Shown here one piece after another: positions 56,380 to 64,000 of a stretch of DNA of 64,000 bases (its first letter is position 1; each line of letters opens with the position of its first letter). The DNA comes from a virus (Duplodnaviria; Caudoviricetes): positions 4,636 through 68,635 of IMG/VR virus record IMGVR_UViG_3300031867_005256, one strand, 5' to 3'. A model generated the notes under the pieces. The model did not search any database. It was not told the DNA's origin and was given only the letters and a program-made list of their open reading frames with translations. The translations under genes and the position numbers were made by a program.

Positions 56380-56393
56380 TATATATTTAAACA

Positions 56394-57425
56394 TTAAACA
56401 CGAGTAAGCTGAGTATTCTCGTATACGCAGATATCATTGCTGAATATCGCACGCACGCCAACCTTTTTGTAGACCTGTACTTCCTTAGACCTATCATAGT
56501 TGGTATATTCATCCACGACAGTACCGCCCTCAAAGGCTATCTTTACGGGCTTGTTTGCGCCGTCAGGAATAATCCAAGCGTACTTAGGATCAATAACCTT
56601 AACCATATTGGTCTCATCCTCATAAGACTGAGAAAGAACAATAACTTTATGGTTCTTGTAATTTGCAAGATAACCATTGTTCCACTTCTCATTTCTCATT
56701 TCATCAGAAACCCAACCAGTTGCGGGAACCATAGTTGCCGCAAACTCAAAAGTGCAATAAATAGTAGACTTTCCACCGTAAGAATCAGCAATAGAAATCA
56801 GCTTATCCATTGCAGATTCAACGAAACCAGTCTGAGAAGTCTTGTTAGCAGTCTGTACATTAGCAACTGCGCCAATGAGCTGCTTCTCAATCTCTACATA
56901 AATGCACTCATCAATACCCTCAAGTACGATATCAAGGACATCCGCAAAGTCTACACGACCATCAAGATATTCCTCGAAACCAATCTGAGCAGCACCACCA
57001 ATAGCATTAGTAGTTACTTCATAAGACTTACCATCGAGCTTAAATACTTCGTAGATACCTGCAAGACCAACCTTGCCGATAAACTGCTTTGCGCGTCTCT
57101 TTGCAGCCTGGGTTATCTTCTGTGTAAATATAGGCTTGTCGCCCTGATTAAATGTCTTAATTTCAGCAAACTGACCATACTGCTCCAGAACTCTCTTGGG
57201 AAGTACATCATCAATTACCTGCTCAATAAGAGAGAACAGCTGATTCTTGTTTTCTCTATAAAGAGCATAAGTACCAACGAGTTCCTTTAACTCTGCTCTA
57301 AGAGTTGTATCCAGGTCTTCGTATGAATAAGTCTTATCACCAAGAGAGAAAGCGGTTGCTGTCATAGGCTTAGCATTAGCTGTTGCCTTTGCGAGTTTTA
57401 CTAACTCATTAAATTCAAGTGCCAT
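56394..57425 (-). CDS. Major capsid protein, no TAG
   Basis: 343 aa, located after the protease/scaffold and decoration genes; codon usage typical of highly expressed genes. Assignment by synteny and size. Confidence 0.75.
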   Translation of the reverse strand: MALEFNELVKLAKATANAKPMTATAFSLGDKTYSYEDLDTTLRAELKELVGTYALYRENKNQLFSLIEQVIDDVLPKRVLEQYGQFAEIKTFNQGDKPIFTQKITQAAKRRAKQFIGKVGLAGIYEVFKLDGKSYEVTTNAIGGAAQIGFEEYLDGRVDFADVLDIVLEGIDECIYVEIEKQLIGAVANVQTANKTSQTGFVESAMDKLISIADSYGGKSTIYCTFEFAATMVPATGWVSDEMRNEKWNNGYLANYKNHKVIVLSQSYEDETNMVKVIDPKYAWIIPDGANKPVKIAFEGGTVVDEYTNYDRSKEVQVYKKVGVRAIFSNDICVYENTQLTRV

Positions 57426-57442
57426 AACTACTTACCCCCTTA

Positions 57443-58144
57443 TCATACTATCCTCTGAACCTTAAGACCAGGCTGACCATCAGGCATAGTGTAAACCTTT
57501 ACAACTACAACCTTAACAGTGCTAATAGTGCCATTCTTAGAAAGTTCAAGAGTATTTCTTGTAGTCAGCTTAGGAGAAAGAACATCTCCAACAGCGTAAT
57601 CAATAGTTCCATCAACTTCTACCATGTTCGTAGTCCAAATATCACCAACGTTGGTCTTTACGAGGCGGGGAGCGATGCCGTCCATCCTGTAACCATACTC
57701 AACGTGACCATCAAGGGTAACAGTCTGACCAGAAACAGGGTCGGTATAAGTTGCGGAAGGTACTACGCCAACGGTAAGAGAACCGTCACCATAAACTGTG
57801 CCATCTGCATTTGCGGAAGTAAGACGACCAATCATAGGAGGATTTGTAACGTAGTTATCACCAACTCTAAACATTGCAAAATCCTTATAAGAAAGCCAAT
57901 CCTCATAAATCTTAATCTCATTATAAACAAGATAAGGCTCTGCATTAACAGAAGCATCTGTACCATCAGTTGCGGAAACGCAACCAGTTACATAATCATA
58001 AAACATAAACTCACCATTCTGGAGCAGGTCTACTTTAGAAGCAGTTCTGCTATCCAGAGGAAGAGACGCGAAAATCTAACCAGTCTTTATACCAGAAAGC
58101 TGATTAGCCTCAACCTAACCATATCCTATACGTGTGAAAGGCAT
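57443..58144 (-). CDS. Probable capsid decoration / minor capsid protein (233 aa), TAG at codons 10 and 23
   Basis: MPFTRIGYG[Q]VEANQLSGIKTG[Q]IFASLP continues in frame into track ORF 57443-58006. Confidence 0.65.
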
Positions 58145-58165
58145 ATTTTATTCCTCCTTCAAAAA

Positions 58166-59512
58166 TTATCTATTTTTATTACTTTCAACAGCCTTAACCC
58201 AATCGGGAACGTCTGACTCCATTTCCTCAACAGCCGCACCCATAGTTAAAGTAAACATTGTAGGCTCTTCTAGTGTATTATCATTTTTCTCAGAATCATC
58301 TAAATTAAAGTTGACCTTTTTTCTAAAACAAATTACTGCCAACTTAGATTCAATATCTTCTAAAGAATATTTATCTTTATTATCAATGACATCTTTCTTA
58401 TCTTCATCAGAAAGCATATAGAACTTATCTATAAGAGCATCTTTCCGCTTTGTCATTTCAGCATTATAAAAAGTTTCGAGTTCTGCAACTTTATTCTGTA
58501 AAGCAGCATAAGAATTTTCTAAAGCAGAATATTTGCTTTGAAGTCCAGCATACTCTGCTTCAATAGACAGAGAGTGTTCAGATGCGGGCTTGTCTTCCTC
58601 ATCTTCATCTTTTTTCTCTTCTTCGTCCGCTTTCTTATCTTCCTCTTCTTCCTTCTTCTCTGACTCTGTTACATCAGGAGTTGCGGAAGTCGTGGAAGTA
58701 TCAGAAGTCTCTTCAACTTTTTCGGACTCGGTGGGAACCTCTGCCTCCTCGGGAGTTGCCGCAGACTCAAGAACTTCCTCAGTAGTCTTTTCGTTGTCCA
58801 TCTTATTACCTCCTTCTAAAGCAAATTTTAATGTATTTATCATTTCTGAAAATTCTGCTTTAAAATCAACATCTGAATTTTCTATAAAAGAGAACGTACT
58901 TGCGGGAGCTGCAATACTTGCGCCTTCAAAGCAAGGCTCTACATCGTCTCCTAAAATACATAATTTAGAAAATTCGGCATCAGTTATTATGAAAAAATCT
59001 CTACCTGTATTGCTATCATTTGCCCAATGTCCTTCAAGGGTTGACCCCTCTATTTCCATCGACTGCGGCTATCCTTCTTTTAAAATTTTATCAGCTTCAT
59101 TAAACTAACCGTTCCAAATGTAGCCTTCACACATCAGATACTCTCTTTCAACAGTATTACCAAATTCATCAGTATCTTCAAAAACTTGGAACCATACTTT
59201 TGCGTCAGTAGAAACAAATCCGTATGGAATGGTTAAAACTTCTTCTTTAATACCATCCACATCAAGTATCATTCTGTGTCCGTGATCTCCAAAGTCCTCC
59301 TTGTCTTTTCTATAATACCCAACAATAGGAGAACCTCTTAAAGTATCCGCCATCTTAGTTGCGACTTCCTTAGAAATCATTGAACCATTTCTATTCTTTC
59401 CCGTATATAATACTTTAATATCACATTTAGACATTAGAGTATTTACAGCAAGGGGAGAAAGATTAAGAAATTCAGGATTTCTAATTGCAACACTTTTATT
59501 CTTTATTGCCAT
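58166..59512 (-). CDS. Prohead protease-scaffold fusion (448 aa), 2 TAG
   Basis: N-terminal GSPIVG...GDHG...QSME protease-like domain, then an acidic coiled-coil scaffold; between portal and MCP. Confidence 0.7.
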
Positions 59513-59528
59513 TTTTGTTTTCACCTAC

Positions 59529-61058
59529 TTAACTCATAGACTCTCTATTCTAAATTGTCTTTTCTGATTTTTCATCATCTGGCTTCTCAGGGCGGCCGCC
59601 CGTATTGTCATCATTATTCAAAGATTTAGTTCTATTGAGAACATCCGCGTTCATAACGTTTGAGCTAATAGGCGGAATAAATACATTAACCAAATCAAGA
59701 ATATCATTTTCAAATACTGCGTTTGCGAGTACAGACGATTGAGATTGACCGAGAGCGATTTGCGGCAGCATCTTTGAATAACCTAATTGGGTCTATTCTT
59801 TATATAATTTTGCCATTTCTTTATAATTATAAATTGTAGTTGTTAATATCTATACTCTAAAAGTAATTTTCTTTGTCGAGTTAAATGGCTAAATAAGAAG
59901 ATTAAGAAAATCTTCAAATTTCAGAATTAAATTATATATAGAAGCCTCATCGTTTAAGATAGATTTTTCAAGAGCAATATTACCGTCAGTGTTGAATTGC
60001 ATTTGAGAAACGCCCGCCTCATTATAAACAGCTCTTTCAATTCTTTCCAAATCATCTGTTGCGGTAGAAGTTGAATTATCTGCCATATCTTCTACATCAA
60101 CATCCGCAAAAGTAGTTAAGACATCAATACCAATAGCTCTACCAATCATAGCAACCGCATTATTGTGCATTTGTTTAGCTTCTTCCATGTCGAAAAGCAT
60201 ATCGCCATTTTTGTCAAGCGGCAACTTCTGTATAATTATTTTGAGAAGCTCTTGTTCAAGTTTCTTTTTATCTAATTCCTATGCCGCATCCAAATCTATA
60301 ATTGCGGGGATTACCGACATCATAAAAGGCTAATCGTCGTCATTTAAATTGAATTTTACGGCATTATGAATATCTAAAACGTACCAACCATTTGAATCAC
60401 CAGGATATACGGGTTTTAACTTTCCTTGTTTATAAAGGCGGTAGCCTTTTCTAAATTCTTCTGGAAACAGTTTTAACATTTGATATCTATATGCCGCATC
60501 TCTAAAATAATCATCAAAGAATTTCATATTAAATTCAACGACAGGTCTGTTATCAACACAGAAACGAGAACGACAATATTTAATAGGTAACTCTTGGATT
60601 GCCGCTTTGTTCTTATATCTTATAATATATCCATAATAGCATCCGTTTTTTACTACCTTTAAAGCAATCTCACCAAGAATCCTTTTAATTTTAAATTCGT
60701 CTAAGAAAGTTAAGATTTTAGAAAATTTAGTTGTTAGCTTTTCTCTATCTACTTCTTCTTTATCAAAGTAAGGAGTAACCATCCAATCATATCTATATAA
60801 GTAAGCAATATATCTACATAAACGAGAATATATTCCGCTAATCTTAAAAAAGTAATTTGATATTTTATACATTTCTTCATAGCTATTCTTCTACATTGCG
60901 GATAATACTTTCATTTTTGTAGCTAAGTTATTACTTACCTTTTGATAATCTCCAATAGTCAAAGTAGCATCTTCCAGCTTTTTTGCGCCTATTCTAATCT
61001 TTGAATAATCTATGGGAGCCGCTACTTTATTAGACATTAACTCTTGTCTATTCTTCAT
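59529..61058 (-). CDS. Portal protein (509 aa), 7 TAG
   Basis: Three track ORFs and the flanks form one frame with TAG=Q (KE[Q]TQLGYSK, SEKTI[Q]NRES); position between terL and the protease. Confidence 0.8.
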
Positions 61059-61079
61059 TATTTCACTCCTTTCTAATTA

Positions 61080-61108
61080 ATTATAGCATAATTTTTTTAT
61101 CTTGTCAA
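61080..61108 (-). promoter_or_regulatory. Sigma-A promoter upstream of the portal
   Basis: TTGACA-N17-TG.TATAAT on the minus strand. Confidence 0.8.
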
Positions 61109-61112
61109 AAAA

Positions 61113-61476
61113 TTAGTAGCCTGCCGCGTGCATAATATAGTCATAATTAACGCGGGCCTCATCCCAGTAAGGCACAAGCACTAAGGTTATACCATGCTTT
61201 TTACAATATTCACGTTTACGCATATCATTATATTGCTATTTCCGCAGCCCACTAAAACCGCCAAATTTACTTTTAGGCTCATAATGGTAGGTGCTGGATT
61301 CCCTAATACTCTATTAAGAAATCCAACTCATTATTATCATCGAAAACAGCAAAATCAAACCTAAGCGGAGTCCCTGATTTTGTGGTTAAATCTGGGAAGC
61401 TATATTCTTCTTTATAAACTAAGCCCGCTTGGTCAAGTATATCACAAATTTTAATTTCTCCTCTACTTGCTTTCAT
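61113..61476 (-). CDS. PD-(D/E)XK / DUF559-like nuclease-fold protein (118 aa) carrying a 7-nt frameshifting insertion
   Basis: MKASRGEIKI...LRFDFAVF...LIEY[Q]GIQH, then HYEPKSKFGG...ND..KREYC...VPYW in another frame. Span is 357 + 7 nt. Confidence 0.7.
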
Positions 61477-61596
61477 GATAATCCTACCCTCCTTTCCAAC
61501 CTCGCTAAATAGCCCAGGATACTCTTGACAGAGTATATTTTTGATTTACTATATATTACTTAAAAATTGTGAAATGTTTTAACACAATTTTGACCA

Positions 61597-61625
61597 AAAA
61601 AATAAGGGCTTGCGCCCTTATTTTA
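61597..61625 (-). terminator. Terminator after the secreted-protein gene
   Basis: aataagggc-ttgc-gcccttatt hairpin with a T run on the minus strand. Confidence 0.75.
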
Positions 61626-62786
61626 TATTTCAACACTATTATCAAGATAGCCCGCGGCCGCACTAACATCCTCTATGCTTTCAATAGATTCTACAATCAG
61701 TGAATCCCAATACCAATCTCTTGTTGTGTATAAAGACATCGAAAGGAATAAGTCTTTTGCTGCGGAAGCTGAGTTACTGGTAAGCCCACTCCATGTAAAA
61801 GTCAGGCTATCTTTACCCCAATAGAAAGAATCAGTGTCTTGTAAAGATAAAGTATAATTATCATTTACGACCAGACTTCCAGAGAATAAATCTATATTAA
61901 CATAAGAATATGGATTATAAACCTGTTGAGTATCGTAATAAGAGACAAAAGTAAACGATACATCATCACTTTTTGCAATTACATCATTAATATGGGCAAT
62001 TGGATTAAAATAGTAAACACCATCAATATTTTTAGGAGACTTTAATGCGTACACAACATTGTTTGTATAAAGGGTGAAGCCCTCTTCTGTAACATAGGGG
62101 TACGTCCGCATAGAAGTCTTAAAAGGATAAGCCTTTATCTCTGTCGAAAGATTATTTGAGCGGCTAAAGTATGCGCGAGTAGGAAGAACTTTTTCTCCTT
62201 TTCTATTGACAAAAGAAGAAGAATTTAAGTTACCATATCCCTGCTCATCTTTAAGGTTCTTAGAGATCTTACAAGTTAATTCAACTTTAATATGGCTAAA
62301 GCCATAAAAATATTGCGATGAATAACCTAAAGAAAGAAGCGGAGAACCAAGAGCAAAGCCATTAGTTGTACCGTAAGGTAACTCAACATAAGTTCCATAA
62401 AACACCTTCGGATTATAGGTATAATAAGCGGAATCACTTGCGATCGCCGCACTCTTAGTATATCCATATCTATTCGTTGCCATACTTGCAAGACGACCAT
62501 CTGTTGATGCCATCTGCTCCGTTTCAATAGAAATAGAGAAAATATCCGTTACGTTAGTATTAATAAAACCTACTGTAAAATTACTCTCTGCATCTTCTAT
62601 CATGAAGCTATCTCCGGTTAATGCAGGGCCATATTCAAGAGTATAAGTAACGATTGCGCTACTATCAACTTTGTTGTAAGTTTTTAAATCATAAGTATAC
62701 TTTTCTGCGGAAGCCGCAACGCCCGCAGAACTCATGACAGCAGTTGTTAATGCAACCGCAATGGCTAAAATTTTCTTTAAATTCAT
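61623..62786 (-). CDS. Secreted protein with Sec signal peptide (387 aa), no TAG; cargo gene
   Basis: MNLKKILAIAVALTTAVMSSAGVAASA|E; AGGAG RBS; own terminator; Ser/Thr/Tyr-rich, beta-rich body. Confidence 0.8.
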   Translation of the reverse strand: MNLKKILAIAVALTTAVMSSAGVAASAEKYTYDLKTYNKVDSSAIVTYTLEYGPALTGDSFMIEDAESNFTVGFINTNVTDIFSISIETEQMASTDGRLASMATNRYGYTKSAAIASDSAYYTYNPKVFYGTYVELPYGTTNGFALGSPLLSLGYSSQYFYGFSHIKVELTCKISKNLKDEQGYGNLNSSSFVNRKGEKVLPTRAYFSRSNNLSTEIKAYPFKTSMRTYPYVTEEGFTLYTNNVVYALKSPKNIDGVYYFNPIAHINDVIAKSDDVSFTFVSYYDTQQVYNPYSYVNIDLFSGSLVVNDNYTLSLQDTDSFYWGKDSLTFTWSGLTSNSASAAKDLFLSMSLYTTRDWYWDSLIVESIESIEDVSAAAGYLDNSVEI

Positions 62787-62868
62787 AACTATAATCTCCT
62801 TTGTAAAAATATGGAAGAGAAAACCCAAATATTATTGAATTTTCTCTTCATAACATTATATACATTTG

Positions 62869-63398
62869 TCAATTGAACAGCATCATATCTGCCATAGAAA
62901 AACGCTTGTGTTTCCGCTTGCTTTCATCTTCCTTTTTAATAAAATATAAACCATAAAGAAAAGCGGAAACCTTATCCTTTTTAATAGATTTAGAAGATTG
63001 TTTAAGGATAATATTTATACCGTCATTGCTTTGAACCAAGTTTGCCATTTGCTCTTTTAATATAGTTGTAGCAATGTAGGGTCTTAAATATTCGTTTCTC
63101 TCGTGTGGGCGCATATTCGCGCCTTTTTTTGTTTCAAGCAGATTATTCTTTGCCTATGTTTCATCTATTAAGAAATGCACTCTTCCGCCCATTATTTGAG
63201 CCTAAGCAAAAGCATACATCTCTGTATTCATAGGAGCATTTGCTTTTATTATAAATACTGCATTTTGTTCCATATCAGTAGTTCGATATTTTTTATAATT
63301 TCCATCATCATCATTAATAATACCAAAAGGAACAAGTGTTTCACCTGTCTCTGGATCTATCTAAGATTTTACTAAATAGTCCACAAGACCCGCACCTA
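62869..63398 (-). CDS. terL: Terminase large subunit, last exon (3 TAG)
   Basis: Reads (L)GAGLVDYLVKS[Q]IDPETG...IKKDKVSAFLYGLY, a nuclease-domain C-terminus; upstream of the portal. Confidence 0.8.
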
Positions 63399-64000
63399 CA
63401 AATATCTTCTATATAAAACGCTACTTTTATATACGTTCTCTTATGAACTGCTCTATGTTTCCATAGAAGTTGAGACTATATCATATTCCTAATTAGGAAC
63501 CTTTCCACTTCCGCCGCCAATCGCTTGCGGCGTACTCTCTTCCGAGATAGTCGTTGAACTTTCTTTTAAATATTTCTGAATAACATTTTTCCAAGATTTC
63601 TAATATTTTATTCTGTATAAACTATCTTCTTTTACTTTAAATTTTTTCATTAATTCTTTATATGGGTAATTAGGATTCTTCTAAAAAATTTTAAAAATTT
63701 CAATAACTTCCTTTTCTGCTAATTTAGCAGAACCATTTACTTTCGCTCGTAAATTATTCTCTATTGCATGATGAATATTTTCTTTTGAAGTTACCCATTC
63801 TAAATTGCTTAGTTTATTGTTGCTTTTATTCCCATCTATATGATTCACCTATAATTTATCCATCCCAACAACGGGAGAAAAATTCTCTAAAACTAACCTA
63901 TGAACAGAATATCTATGCCTTTTTCCATCTGCTGAAATTAATCTAACTTTTTCATATCCATCTTTATCTGTTTGTGTTGTTAAGAACTTACCAGTTACTT
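63399..64000 (-). ncRNA. Group I intron in terL, 3' part (continues beyond the window)
   Basis: R ttcaacgactatc and S gatatagtctcaac; P9 hairpins; terminal G at 63399 before the exon TA-GGT-GCG-GGT. Confidence 0.85.
63441..64000 (-). CDS. Intron-encoded HNH homing endonuclease, 5'-truncated by the window, multiple TAG
   Basis: [10 protein letters not shown]...L[TAG][24 protein letters not shown]; the frame runs through the R and S core elements to TAA. Confidence 0.88.

Noticed and set aside
58590-58760. Low-complexity purine/pyrimidine tract
   Set aside because: It encodes the acidic E/D/K linker of the scaffold protein and is not a DNA element.
50043-59108. Long plus-strand ORFs 50043-50840, 56649-57290, 57704-58216 and 58590-59108
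   Set aside because: Antisense shadows of highly expressed structural genes.
31797-61058. Apparent mass pseudogenisation of the structural module (many short ORF fragments)
   Set aside because: The fragments are in one frame per gene and separated only by TAG. This is recoding, not decay.
63670-63705. Suspected frameshift in the homopolymer runs of the HNH gene
   Set aside because: Recounting the A and T runs gives an in-frame IEIFKIF[Q]K.
1-64000. Suppressor tRNA, other tRNAs, or a CRISPR array
   Set aside because: No cloverleaf or T-loop signature and no regularly spaced repeats were seen by eye. tRNAscan-SE on the full genome is still needed.

Overview
64 kb of an AT-rich tailed-phage genome, probably infecting gut Bacillota/Clostridia (sigma-A-type promoters, DnaE polymerase, Ruminococcus-style pilin and signal peptide; host is inferred). 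It uses an alternative genetic code: TAG is read as Gln (code 15). This shows at conserved motifs (GIY-YIG YIG[Q]S, HNH L[Q]VNHIDG, portal KE[Q]TQLGY), and nearly every fragmented ORF in the supplied track joins into a full gene when TAG=Q. There are two convergent arms. The + arm (1-31252) holds replication and nucleotide metabolism genes: gyrA-like, ligA, thyX, DnaB with a class 3 intein, primase, RecJ-like, two methyltransferases, dnaE, nrdDG, dut, RuvC-like, plus a type IV pilin-like cargo gene. The - arm (31267-64000) holds morphogenesis genes: terL, portal, protease/scaffold, MCP, neck, tail tube, a ~3116-aa tape measure, baseplate and a holin-like gene, plus a secreted-protein cargo gene. 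Four group I introns interrupt gyrA, the tape measure, a neck gene and terL; three carry TAG-containing homing endonucleases. The most unusual observations are two tiny insertions (9 nt with TAA in dnaE; 7 nt flanked by His codons in a conserved nuclease-like gene) that look like translational-bypass elements, a non-random TAG distribution that may act as a timing switch, and strong enrichment of a Chi-like TGCGG motif. No tRNA or CRISPR array was seen. All counts are manual.
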